A DNA stretch of 63,861 bases, the filler included, from Octopus bimaculoides (lineage: Eukaryota), in NCBI RefSeq assembly GCF_001194135.2. It is 5 parts of 5 records of this genome, joined end to end, with 100 filler letters (N's around TTAATTAATTAA, not from the genome) between each part and the next. Parts side by side here need not be neighbours in the genome. Positions count along the whole stretch, not along the records: positions 7,817 to 35,788 come from NC_068992.1; positions 35,889 to 53,807 come from NC_068984.1; 3 more parts are not named here. One strand, 5' to 3'. Under the pieces are notes generated by a model, which saw only the letters and a program-made list of their open reading frames with translations, was not told the origin of the DNA and ran no database searches. Below are positions 23,850-37,374 of the stretch, in pieces (within the stretch, counting starts at the first letter, position 1; each line of letters starts with the position of its first letter). The translations under genes were made by a program, and so were the position numbers.

Positions 23850-24799
23850 TATATAGATATACACATACATATATTCATGCATACATACATACATACATAC
23901 ATACATACATACATACATACATACCTTCCAAGTAGAATTTTTCCATTTTTTTGGTATGTATGCGAATAATTGTTGCCAAATTGTCTTTGAGGGACGGGAG
24001 AGAGTTGATTTCGTTTTGTTTTGCTTTTTTGTAAGCTTCAGAAGTTAAAATATGAGAAAAAAACTTGCGATAAGACTAATATTGTATTGTAACTTGAGCA
24101 TTCTTTGTCCTTTAATATTTATTATTAATATAAAGGATTTCATTACTGTTGGACAAAAATTCCTGTATATAATACGAAGGTTAATTGCATACTTTCATAT
24201 GTAAGACACGTGTGAAAAAATACAGCGGTTAACCTCTTTACATGTCATGATGTTCTGGTGTGTCCAAGGCAATTTTTAATTATTAAGTGATTCGTTGATA
24301 TCATATAATAGCTTTGGAGCTGAATCATATATCCGTCTAGGCAAACACGTGTCTTGTGGTTGGTTGCACAAATACAATATGTGATGGATTTTGTCTAGAA
24401 TTACAAATGACGTAATTACGTCTAAATTGCAGAACCAATTAGATTATACATATTACATGAAAAACAAGCATTGAGTTATCCCGGTATAATTGCTCTCGGA
24501 GTTCTCTTTAATATTTCAACTGATGCCTTGTATTGATTTCTATTGGTAAGCTTTGTTTTTGTTGACGTCTCTTCATTTAATTATCAACTACTATTTTTTT
24601 TACAAATACACAGAAAACAATATTGTCTATCAACTACGAAGTCACCAGACGGAATCATTCCATATATGATGTCTGTTGTAACAAGTTCCATGAATACATT
24701 CATATTTAAATCGAATTTCATGCTTTATATTCCTTATACATTATAAATTATATTGTCGACACTTATCATTCAAAACAATTATCTTTTTTTTTTTTACAG

Positions 24800-24914
24800 G
24801 AAATCGTATTTCGAATGGACAAAGACTGCTGAAAGATATATGTGATATGAAAACTTATCTTAAACTTAGCAATGATTCCAGAGTTCAAACTGCATGAAAC
24901 GAAATCTTTTGAAG
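24800..24914 (+). other. Candidate spliced exon (non-coding, UTR, or first coding exon MKRNLLK)
   Basis: Strong acceptor (T12 ACAG|G) and donor (AAG|GTGAGC); 115 bp. Stops occur in all three frames. ATG at 24894 runs in phase 0 to the donor. Confidence 0.45.
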
Positions 24915-25129
24915 GTGAGCGGTAGGAATATNNNNNNNNNNNNNNNNNNNNNNNNNNNNNNNNNNNNNNNNNNNNNNNNNNNNNNNNNNNNNNNNNNNNN
25001 NNNNNNNNNNNNNNNNNNNNNNNNNNNNNNNNNNNNNNNNNNNNNNNNNNNNNNNNNNNNNNNNNNNNNNNNNNNNNNNNNNNNNNNNNNNNNNNNNNNN
25101 NNNNNNNNNNNNNNNNNNNNNNNNNGGAG

Positions 25130-25640
25130 TAAGAGATTTTGTTTGCTTGGGGGGATAATTGGTAACCAAGGTATTTTTCAGGAAAGGAAAGGAAAATCTG
25201 TAATTTTTAATACTGATTTGTATTTGATTCTGGCTTATATCAATATTATATTTAATAGATGGGGTAAATCTTTACTTTTCAATATGAGTTTATATTTAAT
25301 TCTGGTTTATATTTTCCGTTAAATGAGGCCTTAATCACACCTGTGTTGAGGTCCAAATAGCAAATTGTTATAATGGGAAGATTAAGAATTGTGGTTGCAG
25401 TTGTTCTGCACATCTGTCAATGTGTTCACTGAGATACATTTGGTGATATTGCGTGGAAGATATCTGTTGTCTGTGGACTTTACATCTTCGTCTGATAGGC
25501 GTTCCTGTAGACCCTCTATAGTTTATATTGCAGCCCGAGCATCGGATTACATGAATGAGTTTTTCAGTGACGCAAAAGAAGTTGGATTTAATTTTGAATA
25601 GTTGTCCTTGTCTAAAATGGAATTCTAATCCTTTCAAAAG
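25130..25640 (-). mobile_element. Penelope-like element, GIY-YIG endonuclease domain
   Basis: ORF 25368-25637: FKIKSNFFCVTEKLIHVIRCSGCNINYRGSTGTPIRRRCKVHRQQI...LSEHIDRCA...PQFLIFPL. After a frameshift: IKASFNGKYKPELN. Confidence 0.85.
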
Positions 25641-25749
25641 ATTGGGACATGTTCCGCAGTTAGAACGACCACATCTTTTTTTTATTCTTGCGCGTAGCTA
25701 CGCATTAGATGTTTATAAATTCCATCGTAGAATTATTGTTATTATAATT

Positions 25750-25797
<48 letters not shown>

Positions 25798-26577
25798 NNN
25801 NNNNNNNNNNNNNNNNNNNNNNNNNNNNNNNNNNNNNNNNNNNNNNNNNNNNNNNNNNNNNNNNNNNNNNNNNNNNNNNNNNNNNNNNNNNNNNNNNNNN
25901 NNNNNNNNNNNNNNNNNNNNNNNNNNNNNNNNNNNNNNNNNNNNNNNNNNNNNNNNNNNNNNNNNNNNNNNNNNNNNNNNNNNNNNNNNNNNNNNNNNNN
26001 NNNNNNNNNNNNNNNNNNNNNNNNNNNNNNNNNNNNNNNNNNNNNNNNNNNNNNNNNNNNNNNNNNNNNNNNNNNNNNNNNNNNNNNNNNNNNNNNNNNN
26101 NNNNNNNNNNNNNNNNNNNNNNNNNNNNNNNNNNNNNNNNNNNNNNNNNNNNNNNNNNNNNNNNNNNNNNNNNNNNNNNNNNNNNNNNNNNNNNNNNNNN
26201 NNNNNNNNNNNNNNNNNNNNNNNNNNNNNNNNNNNNNNNNNNNNNNNNNNNNNNNNNNNNNNNNNNNNNNNNNNNNNNNNNNNNNNNNNNNNNNNNNNNN
26301 NNNNNNNNNNNNNNNNNNNNNNNNNNNNNNNNNNNNNNNNNNNNNNNNNNNNNNNNNNNNNNNNNNNNNNNNNNNNNNNNNNNNNNNNNNNNNNNNNNNN
26401 NNNNNNNNNNNNNNNNNNNNNNNNNNNNNNNNNNNNNNNNNNNNNNNNNNNNNNNNNNNNNNNNNNNNNNNNNNNNNNNNNNNNNNNNNNNNNNNNNNNN
26501 NNNNNNNNNNNNNNNNNNNNNNNNNNNNNNNNNNNNNNNNNNNNNNNNNNNNNNNNNNNNNNNNNNNNNNNNNNNNG

Positions 26578-26832
26578 TTCTCGGGGATATTCAGCGTGAC
26601 ACAATTTGACAAGGCTGACCCTTTCAATTACAGGCACAATAGAAACAGGAAGTAAGAGAAAGTTGTGGTGGAAGAGTACAGTAGGGTTCGCCACCATCCC
26701 CTGCCGGAGCCTCGTGGGGCTTTAGGTGTTTTCGCTCAATAAACACTCACAAAGCCCGGTCAGGGAATCGAAACCGCGATCCTATGACCGCGAGTCCGCT
26801 GCCCTAACCACTGGGCCATTGTGCCTCCACAC
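26578..26832 (-). mobile_element. tRNA-derived SINE type C
   Basis: Reverse complement GGAGGCACAATGGCCCAGTGGTTAGGGCAGCGGACTCGCGG..GGTTTCGATTCC (A and B boxes). Colinear with 48484-48731. Confidence 0.9.
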
Positions 26833-28065
26833 GTATGTCTGTATACTGCTCTTAATTTAAAGTACTTATTTCTCAGCCAGTTACCATGGGCTTTATTTCT
26901 TTGCACACGAGTTAAAGATTCCATTATTTACATCTTTACATACGCAGAGCGTCGTAGAATAACTCTATAAATGTCTAAGCACAATCTGTACTGATATAAT
27001 AATATGCAAGCGAATAATAATTTACCTTTTCTGTCATTTATCTTCATAAATCCTTCATGTGAAGTGATATATTTATCTGAAATAGTAAATATTTCTTATT
27101 TCTTGGTTAAACATCTAGTATATAACTGATCTTAAAATATCGCCACAATTATTTTGAAGTATATTTCATTATAAACAAATTTGTATATTATTAGAAACCA
27201 TCTTCCTGAAATGTGTCACGCACAGTTTCATCTGAAAGATATGTAAACTTTAGTTTCCGTATTTAATGTCAAACCTAGTAACTTGAATGTGTTAAACACG
27301 AATTCATGCTAGCTATGTAGTCTAAACCTAGCGGAATTTTAAATATAATAGAACGATGTTTAAAAACGCAGCAGTTTATTCTCGAAATGTTTTAGTGTGT
27401 TGTCTATCATAAGATATTTTAAATATGTCGCTAAATATTAATCCAATTTTAGCGCAGCTCATATCTCGTATTTTTATCCTATCCGTTTAATCGCATTAGT
27501 CAGACGTTAGAAACCAAATAAGATTTTGTAAAATATCCACGAAAATTTAATCTCGATTGTATGAAAGTAGACGACATCCGATATGTCTATGATACGTGTT
27601 TCAATGGTTGATGTTTACTTGTATTTAAGTAATTCAATGTCTTACGGGTTTTCTAATAATTACTGCTTTACTTCGTTTATATTTCCCAGACATAGGAGAT
27701 TTAAAAACAGGATATTCGAATGAATGCTTCTGTTTAACCAAAAAAGACATGCTGTGAAATAAATCTTAAGATTTGATTATTTATCCGACGGTACGATACT
27801 GTAAATTAATTTACAGACACTACGTAAATTAATTGCGAAATTTACCTGAACAAGTTTCATATATTTGAAGAGTATCTTTTCAAAAAGTAGCATAAGTAGT
27901 ATGCTCTTAATATCTACCCTCGAACAAATATCTTAATTTCAGTGGTTCATGTCTAATGGCATTATAACTTCTGTGAGAATCTACTATACAGTTAATTCCG
28001 TATCTATTTAAGAACGTAATTTGCTTTATAGTTGCACAAAGAAAGTATTCGCTATTTAAAACCTC

Positions 28066-28644
28066 GGATCTTTTTTAAAACGGGGGCCACATTTTTCATT
28101 AACGAAACACTTTGAAACTTGGAACACTGGTAGAATGTGTCATATAAAACATCTTTTTCTTTTAGTCTTCTTAAAAAAAAAGAAATCCATAAGTTATTCC
28201 ATGTGAGAGTTGTCGTATTTCTGTAATTTCAACCAATCACTGACGTCCATTCAGCCGGTATACATTAAGTGCCGACTTCATAAACAAACGATTCTGAAAC
28301 AATTAACCCTAACCCTAACCCTAACCCTAACCCTAGGGTTAGGGTTAGGGTTAAAGCAAATTTAAAATGAAAAAAGCAAATAAAACGAAGGTATGGAGAT
28401 TAAATACGCTTTACATCGCTTAATCAGCCAAAGGAGTAAATATAAACAACTGAATACTTGTCAGTGATTGGTTGAAATTATCGAAATAAGACAATTTTTT
28501 ACATGAAATAAATTCGAATACAAAAATATTTTTCTGTTCTATAACACAAAATAGATAAGTATACGAAGTTTGAAAGTCTTTCTGTATCAAAAACACTACG
28601 TAAAACATTAATGAAAAATGTGGCCTCCGTTTTAAAATAGATCC
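28066..28644. mobile_element. MITE with long TIRs, 8-bp TSD and a central telomeric-repeat palindrome
   Basis: TIR GGATCTTTTTTAAAACGGGGGCCACATTTTTCATTAA vs GGATCTATTTTAAAACGGAGGCCACATTTTTCATTAA. TSD AAAACCTC at 28058-65 and 28645-52. A second inverted pair (..AATTTCAACCAATCACTGAC) lies internally. Confidence 0.9.
28303..28354. repeat. Inverted telomere-type repeats (TAACCC)5-TA-(GGGTTA)3
   Basis: Direct reading; centre CCCTAGGG. Confidence 0.95.
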
Positions 28645-29249
28645 AAAACCTCTTGTTAATGAGCCGGCTTGCTAAGTTGTTAATGTATGTAATTAATAAA
28701 CCATTTATTAGAAGTTTATGAATATTCGCAAAATTAATGAAATTTAAAACACTTACTGTCTTATTAAAGATAGCTTTTGTAGAGTCTGAGAATAAATAAT
28801 ATTGATCTTTGACAATGGAAATAATATTGAACATAACAATAATATAAAATATGGACTTAATAGTAAAAATGGGCTTAAATAATAAAGAGACTACACTGAC
28901 ACAAGTACAGAGTTTTAGAGTGAGTTAGCAACTGTGAAGTTAAACTGTTGAAAATTAGAATAAAGCAATATAAATTTGAAGGTTCATATAAATTTTAGAG
29001 TTCTAGAAGATACCGTGCGTGAGAGATGTTTTCGGACCTTAGGGAAGACACAGGTTACACGTTGTTATCTAGGAAGTAAGAAAAAAAAAGGCTGTCAGAT
29101 ATTGTTATTACAAAGCACTTTAATTTTGACAGAGGTTTTCAACGTAAACTCTGGCATAGACGACATGAAAATCAGAGATAAGAAATACGAGGATGGCAAG
29201 TAGTTAAGTTGATCAGAAAATTGTTTTCAGTCATAAAACTGCTACCATA

Positions 29250-31500
29250 ATAAAAGAACACTTTCACGGATCCTTAGTTCATCATATAGATCCCAATACA
29301 TACTTCGTCAGTAAGCTTGTTGCAGTTCAAAGCATAAGTAACAGAACTCTAAGTTGTCATCAGCGCACTGCAGTTCTGATAGACGATTGTCACTGGCGAG
29401 ATTCTTTGACCAAAAGCACACCAGGCTAAAGAGTCCTGTAGGTAAACGCTATTTGATATCCACTCCTGGTTGATCTGCGAGTAACACATAGATCATTTTA
29501 GCAAGGTGAAAATCGTATGAGCGAGAACACAATCTTGTTCTAATCCACATGAAATTCGGAAATATTCTCAGAATCGATTACGATGAAAGGCAGGTTCAGT
29601 CATACCATCGTGCAGGGCTTGGATCAGGGAGATGAAATGATCAGGATATCTGAAGCGATCGATGACTATCCATATAGTTATCTTTGGTACACGGTTGAAA
29701 GCCTTTTTCCTGATCACAGAAGACAAGTAAAACGTGATTTTGTTGTTCTCGGCACTTCTCTTGAATTTGCATGACAGACAATCCCGTCTATGGTTCCAAA
29801 GGATGCTTGGAAGCAACACTGCGATTCTCGAAGGACTCTTTCTACGATGACTTAGAGATGGTTCAAGAGTATTCTAGCAAAGATCTCTCTTAAAACAGTA
29901 AGAATTTTTTTATCTTCCCTCTTGAATGGTGTATTTGAGATCATGTGGGACCTGAAGTGCACCGCACGTCTTTAGAAACAGGGTAAATAGTTTACTTTGC
30001 AGCAGCAGTCCACCATACTGCAGCAATTCCAATTCGATGTTATTAGGTCCTGGGGCTTTACTTGCTTTCAAACGTTTCTTTGCATTATGGTACTCTTGAC
30101 ATGACTCAGGAATAATCATCCACAGTTGTCATGGATGGAAAAAGATTTTCAATAAGTATTCTGTTGCTGTTGACTCGCGATTTATGAAAACAGAAAAATC
30201 CTACTTCCAGAGGTCTAGGCTGCCGTGCGGGTCAGTTAGAATGCTAACATTTTTTGCTGCAATCAGAATGCCATTTGACCACTTTACAAGAAAAAACAGT
30301 AGATTGATTCCAACATACTGTTGCAAAACTCTTACTTTCTGTTGCCACCAAGCATTTGTTTTGCAGCTCTCTCAGCCGGGTTTGTCACTTTTGTTTCATC
30401 TTCTTGTAGCAAATTTCTTTAAACCTAGCTCTTGGATCTTGTTCGTAAGGTAACCGTACCTTTCGATTTTCATCGATCACACCGTTGATTTCCACTCCGT
30501 TGTCATCGAACCAGGTCCTGGTTCTTTCTTTTAAAGAACCTAATAGGGCATTTGGCAGCTTCGGCGATGATGGTTTTCAAGGTAGACTATTATTTTTCTA
30601 AGGTGTGATGATTCGCTAAGTTGGAGTTGTTCTTATTGAAATTGAAGCTTGATATCCGATTCTGCTCTCATGGTTCTTGAGTCTGGAGATGTCAAATTTA
30701 CGACGAGAAGGAAAAGTATGGTGGAACCTTGGTTTCTTGTCGATCGTAATTTTCATACGCGAGAAAACCAGACGATGTTCGGCCCATCATTCAACTACAC
30801 AGTGAGCTACTGATACAAATATTCTTCTCCTCGTTGGACAATGATATAACCGAGAAGGTGCCAGTATTTTCATCGTAGATGCAGCCAAGTGGTCTTGATG
30901 CGAATTGAAGTGTAGACTAGAAGCTCCCGGTTTCACCTAAACCTGCTCTCAATATCCTTATTCCATCGCCGTCAGATCATATGAATCTTCGTTTAAGCAT
31001 AGACATAAGGTGTAGGAAAGTAAGACGAGCATTAGAAACAGGTAATTCAAAGTCGTACAACAGAAGAATGTCGATGCCGTGGGTTTGATTAATGTGGGTC
31101 ATAACTTGCCAGGAGATGACCCACGCTCTTTGATTTCAAGAACTTTCTCTGCATCACATGAAGCATGAGACATGCAGGATCTAGCAATGAAAGTCGAATG
31201 GTCTGCCACAGATTCTAAAATATACTTGAATCACATCTTCATAGCCAGTCCGTCTGACATTTCCCTCGTCCGCCAGCATAAATCGTTGAAAATATGCTGG
31301 CGGATGCCAGCATAACAATACGAGAAGTTCTTCTCCTGCTTTGTTCACCGTTGCGGAGTTACTGGTTAATGGAGAAGAGTCAGCCCGTGACTCCTCTTTA
31401 ACAGTTATGTCTAGGCTGTATCCATGTGGAGCCAAAAACGGGTTACCGTGTACCCCTTACCCGCCTGGAATATGGCTGGGATGCTAGTGACTAAAGCCAC
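29250..31500 (-). mobile_element. RTE-clade LINE, 5' half (5' UTR, APE endonuclease, RT up to just past YADD), degenerate
   Basis: Minus frames: SWQVMT (WNVRT-like), HGIDIL, KTTWLHLR*KYWHLLGYIIVQR, KASKAPGPNNIELELLQYGG, IFARILLNHL, IQALHDGM, ELQCADD (QYADD), and N*GSVKVFF at the end. Confidence 0.85.
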
Positions 31501-33749
31501 TCCTCTCTTTCAATATGTCTCCTTGGGAAGCGTGTGATTGGTAACCAACAGAACTAAAGATAATGTATACATATGTGTGCATGCATCTATGAATATATAC
31601 AGATATGTATGCGTGTGTGCTTGAGTATGTGTTTGTGTGTGTACCACCGCTATTGTTAATGCTGAATTTTAAAATCCTTACATCACAGAAATACAGAACT
31701 TCATTACTGTACTGGTTCTTTTTATTTCTCAATAAGCGTCAGATAGTATAATTTCTAGGAACCAAAGTATAGTATACGTCTCTGTTCTAAAATCAAAATT
31801 TCTTCTCTATTGTATGGATTTTGTATCATAAACATAATTCAACTTAATAGTTTCTCAGATGATATCTGGTGTTCACCTATGTAGGAGCATGTTGAGCGAG
31901 AAATACCATTCCCCAAATCTCACTCACTCAGTCTACCGATAATCAAAAACAGATAAACGAATACTACAGATAATCTAATCCGACATGACCTTAGCAGTAG
32001 CGGATTTGACCACAACTTATCTCGACCAGAGTTGATTTAAAACCGCTTAACACTAACAATAATAATAGATTTCTCATATAAACATAAGAACCAACTGACA
32101 GTATACAGGTGAAAGTGTTGCATTCAAAAGAATGGTGTTGGTGTGTTATATAGACCTAAGTAGGCTTTGATGAAAGAAATCTCTGATTTAAAGCATTCTA
32201 GCCATGACCACTCTGTTTCATCCGGCATTGTACTTCAAAAATAATCTATTATGTCTTGTTTAGTGTATTTCTAAAGATCGTCGCATGGAATTTTGTTTGC
32301 TATAGCATATCGAATGACCCTATGACTTCACACGAGTTTCTTCAATGGCAGGTGTTTGCATTATCCACTTCATAGCAATGCAAAGAGAAACGAGCCAACT
32401 TTGATAAAGCGTAAGAAATAACATTATTGAAAGGAAGTGCTGCAAAGCAGTCTGTCTACAATCTTAAGATACTGTCACTCAGCAATTTCATTGGATAATG
32501 GCTTTATGATACGTATTGCTGATGATGTTGATTTTCTTGATGTCAAGATATTCAGTGACTTCATTTCCTTCAAACACGTTATGATGGGAATTATACTTCA
32601 GCTATTCTACAAATAAATTGTTACTAATTGCATTACAGTAGCGTTACGTATGCACTTTCAAGATTATAACGGTCATGTTTACAGAACCTGGCATCAGTCA
32701 AAGTGTTTAGAATGAAGGGTGAGTTCTTAAAAGGATTTTTTAAGACATCGAAATGTTCTTTTTCCTTGAATCGTCATATTAATGTTTGTAGCGGATTTGA
32801 TCCCGTATCTCTATATTCTTTGAAGTACAAATAAGTCTTTAAAGAATGATTATTTAATAACTAAATGTTATATACTTCATTCAGTTCTTCATCTGATTGC
32901 TGAGTTGTTGCTCATTTTTATGCATCACGAAAATTACAAACTAGTTATGTTCAGTATCAAGCTTGAAGCAAATTAGAAATTAAAATTAAATATTCTGTGT
33001 ATGTGTATGCAATTTATGTGTAGAGTTCCTTCTTAATACTTTTCGATATGTATTTCTCATCAGTATAGTTTTGCGTGCAATCTGTATTCGAAGTGAATTT
33101 AAATCTATGTTAAGTTCTTCAAACTTTTGTATCGTTCATAAAAGTTTCAATGATTTCTCCAATGAGAAATCATTTAAATTGATAATTGCTATTTAAACAC
33201 ACTTTAAATTTGTTCCCTTCTCGTTCTTAACGCTTTCTCAGTAACGTTTATGGCAAGCATAAAACATACATAGCTTCACTACAAATACAGAATTTACAGA
33301 CATATGCAGGATTAGGACATAGTTTATTGAATGGCCGTATTATTTTGGCCTTAGAGTTATTCCAAATAAAAAACAAAAATCTATTTGTAAGACATATCTA
33401 GACCAGATTCATTCCGATGCATATTTCAACTAGTAACATTTATACCTGCAATGTTGTGAGGGATTTATACGATACAAGACGAGCAGTGTACATAATGTAC
33501 AGTATATCTTTCAGCTCAAAATCAAATGACGCCTAAATGATATTTTGCAGCACTGATAATATACCAGTACTAATTTACAGAGAAACTAGAAAAGAAATTG
33601 GATTTCATATTTTAAGCCTACCTATTTTTTCTCGAACACTAAGCCTCATAAAACTGATTACTCGGTTTCCATGGCATATAACAGACGGTAATTACAACAT
33701 TCGCTTGAGCGGAACACCAATCGGCTGAAGAGTTCAAAGCAAGCAATTT

Positions 33750-33905
33750 TGAGAGAAGGGGCTACTTGAGTCGTTCCTTATTTTAGCGAAGGTGTGAAAG
33801 ATAAATTTGACCTCAGCGGGACTTGAACTCAAAATGTATAAGGAGCCGGAAGAAATTCCGTTAACCATTTGTCGAACGCTCTAACGATTCTGTCTGCTCG
33901 ACGCT
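33750..33905 (-). mobile_element. SINE type B head and core fragment
   Basis: AGCGAAGGTGTGAAAG..TTTGACCTCAGCGGGACTTGAACTC..GTCGAACGCTCTAACGATTCTG. Confidence 0.7.
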
Positions 33906-35457
33906 TTACTTACGCCATAGCATAAACAAAATTCTATCTTACAGTTAGGAAAATCCATTTTCAGCATAACAACAATACCGTTAATAGGTTGTCGCTCTTA
34001 ATAGTGTCATTGCCTGGTATTCGATAGGTTGTCAAACTTCTGGCCAAATATGTGACCATTCTTATCCTCTTGCCAGTTTTCTGTTGTTTTATTGCCAATA
34101 CATAAAACGCTCAAATAACCCGTGCAGCAAAGTGCAAATGGAGAAAAACAACAGAAAATTACCATCTGTAACAAGACGGAAAATTCGTAATTTTAGAATG
34201 TTACTCATGTTTTCTATTGGCTTACCCTAGAGATTTAACTGGACGTTGTCATGCTCTGTAAGATTGGTTTTTCTCCTAAATGCACAACATAAAGACAATG
34301 ACCAGTGTACTACACCAATTGACTAATGGATTATTGCACTCACAACTGTTCAGTATGTGCACCATGTATAGTGTACTATCAGAAACGTTTAACACATACG
34401 CATATACGTTGAAGCACATTACCGATTTGTAAATCTAATACTGTAGATCACTTGAAGATGAGATGGCAATTGCATATTTGGTGATATGAACGATAAGCCT
34501 ATACACATCAGGCTAACAACTATAAACCTGTTTATAAGGGAATTCGATGAAAGCATGCTGCCAACATCGGCCATTTAATCATTCAATACGCCATATTATT
34601 CTGCCGTGTTTTATGTAATGTTTCGTTCTTGTCTCTGTTAACAAATCCTTACGGAGTTATTTTCGATGACAAGCCAGCGAAGTATGTTGCGTTGAAGAGA
34701 ATCTACGAATAACAATTGAATTCGCAAGTGTGAATCAATATAACAAATGTTATAGACTGGATTATGTACACAAGCATAAACATACGTAAACATACACAAA
34801 CAACCACACACAACATATACGCACATACACACACACACACACACACATATCTTTGATTGGTTTCGTATAAGGTTATATGCATGAATGTATGTATGCTTGT
34901 ATATGGTAATCTAGAATTTGCCAATGAATATTGTTTGGCTTTGAGAAACTTAAAGAACATCCCTTGGGTTTCAAAGACTGACAATAATTGTGTGACAATA
35001 ATAACGGTTCCAGTATGATATTCCGTTCTGTTGGATATTCGTAAATCAATTATAACAAATGAATGCATATGAATAGTAACTGTTTGACAAATAAAACTTG
35101 ACATGCACAAGGACAAAGTGAATCATGAAACTTTTAATCAAATTACATTTGAGGAAAGCGTGAGATTACGTGTATTTCTATATTCATATTGTTGGTACAT
35201 ATTGTTGAAACGAAATGCATCTAAGTGTGAAATTTCATCTGTATTTATTTGTACATACTATGTATTTGGAAACCTTTAGCTTGTACGTTTATGCCTTTTT
35301 CTGGTACAATGCAACATATGTATGCATCAATCTGCATTTACTTTTGTACGCGTATAAATGTCTATTGGTAGCACATGTGTTTCTGTATCCATCTACTTCG
35401 AAACATGCACACACGCACACACAAACATTCACACAAACACAAAGACACACACGCACG

Positions 35458-35498
<41 letters not shown>

Positions 35499-35574
35499 TC
35501 ATGTATATACATATGCAATTCTTGATATCAATGTAGTTTCTGACAGATATTGTCTTCTACCAATTCAACTAGTT

Positions 35575-35788
<214 letters not shown>

Positions 35789-35927
35789 NNNNNNNNNNNN
35801 NNNNNNNNNNNNNNNNNNNNNNNNNNNNNNNNTTAATTAATTAANNNNNNNNNNNNNNNNNNNNNNNNNNNNNNNNNNNNNNNNNNNNAAGTAAAAGAGT
35901 AAAGAGTATACATATATATATATATTT

Positions 35928-36152
35928 AGTAATACCTCACCATATCGCGGTTCACCTATCGCGGTTCATTATTTAAGCTTACGTCGATTCCTCCGTGGTG
36001 TTGTGTTGTCTTGCATTTATAATAAAATAAATATATACAAATTATAAAAATAATAATAAAAATATACAATACAGTACAGTACCTATTTCGCGGGTTTTCA
36101 CCTCTCGCGGGTGGTTCTGGAACGCAACACCCGCGATAGTCTAGGGATTGAA
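35928..36152. mobile_element. pogo/Tigger-like MITE (degenerate ends)
   Basis: AGTAATACCTCACCATATCGCGG ... CCGCGATAGTCTAGGGATTG imperfect TIR, with repeated TATCGCGG motifs. Confidence 0.7.
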
Positions 36153-36234
36153 TATATATCTACAGAGTGTAAGCGTTATCTCCATATAAAGCTCAATAGG
36201 TGGGGCAAAGTGGGTACATATTTTTATATTCTTT

Positions 36235-36590
36235 TACTTTTTTATTTGTTTCAATCATTTGACTGTGGTCATGCTGGAGTACCGCCTTTAGTCGAGCAAA
36301 TCGACCCCAGGACTTATTCTTTGCAACCCTAGTAATTATTCTATCAGTCACTTTTGCCGAACTGCTAAGTTACGGGAACTATATATTTTCTTTTATTCTT
36401 TTATTTGTTTCAGTCATTTGACTGCGGCCATGCAAGAGCACCGCCTTCATTCGAACAAATCGACCTCGGGATTTATTCTTTGTAAGCTTTGTACTTATTC
36501 TATCAAAATCTTAGGCCGAACCGCTAAGTTACGGGGACGTAAACACACCAACATCGGTTGCCATTCGATGGTGAGGGGACAGACATACAA
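36235..36590 (-). mobile_element. Two adjacent SINE type A tails
   Basis: TTTGTTTCA.TCATTTGACTG.GG.CATGC..GAGC/TACCGCC occurs at about 36245 and about 36405. Confidence 0.85.
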
Positions 36591-36620
36591 ACGTATACAC
36601 ATATATATATATACATTTAT

Positions 36621-36687
<67 letters not shown>

Positions 36688-36728
36688 TTATCTATATATA
36701 TAGATACATATATTATATAAACATATAC

Positions 36729-36799
<71 letters not shown>

Positions 36800-36809
36800 T
36801 ATAACTTTG

Positions 36810-37260
36810 ATAAGTTTCAGCCAGTATAAGCCCAGGCCATATCTAACTTAATAGCACCACCTGGTGAAGTCTTTCAGTCATATATGGAGCACCATGGCCC
36901 GCTGCAGCAAAAAGTCATTATTGTTGGAGAGATATCCGGGTGTATGAGGTTGGTCCAGGATTTTTTGAAGAAATTTGTCCAGTGAACTTTTGAATTTTAT
37001 GGGATCCATTTCCGTTTTGGCGTATTTTGGTATGGTATTAAAGAGAGCTGGTCCGGTTGAGCTTAAGTAGTTGTGACGTAATGTTGTTATGTGTCCTGAG
37101 TTCGATTTTTGTAGTGAGCGGATAGCACGGGGGCCAGGTCTTGGGTGGTTTTTAAAATTGATGCCAACATAATTTGTGCAATATTGATGGAATATTTTCA
37201 ACATCATATTTTCGACTTATGCCCTTCTTCTCTGAACTTGCCGGTCTTGTACCAAAATTT
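36810..37260 (-). mobile_element. CR1-like LINE 3' end
   Basis: ORF 36878-37207: MMLKIFHQ...LRHNYLSSTGPALFNTIPK...FKSSLDKFLQKILDQPHTPGY, a CR1-type ORF2 C-terminus (G-P-x-L-F-N-x-x-P, F-K-x-x-L-D-x-F-L). Confidence 0.8.
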
Positions 37261-37374
37261 GAAATCATTATTTCGTACAATATGGCAGCGCCATTTTGTG
37301 ACCACGCCAATTGTGAGCTCGCCAATTGTGAGTCCGACAGGCATAATGCCTAGCGACATTTCTTCCGGTTTTAC

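Noticed and set aside
26760-26832. tRNA-like sequences (also at 48484, 39003, 4890)
   Set aside because: They have A and B boxes but no acceptor stem and continue into SINE bodies, so they are SINE heads, not tRNA genes.
28303-28354. Ancient telomere-telomere fusion site
   Set aside because: The polarity is (CCCTAA)n then (TTAGGG)n, the reverse of a fusion scar, and the repeats lie inside a TSD-flanked MITE.
34680-34730. TTGAAGA-GAAT...ATTC-GCAA hammerhead-like remnant
   Set aside because: Both core motifs are mutated and stems I and III do not form.
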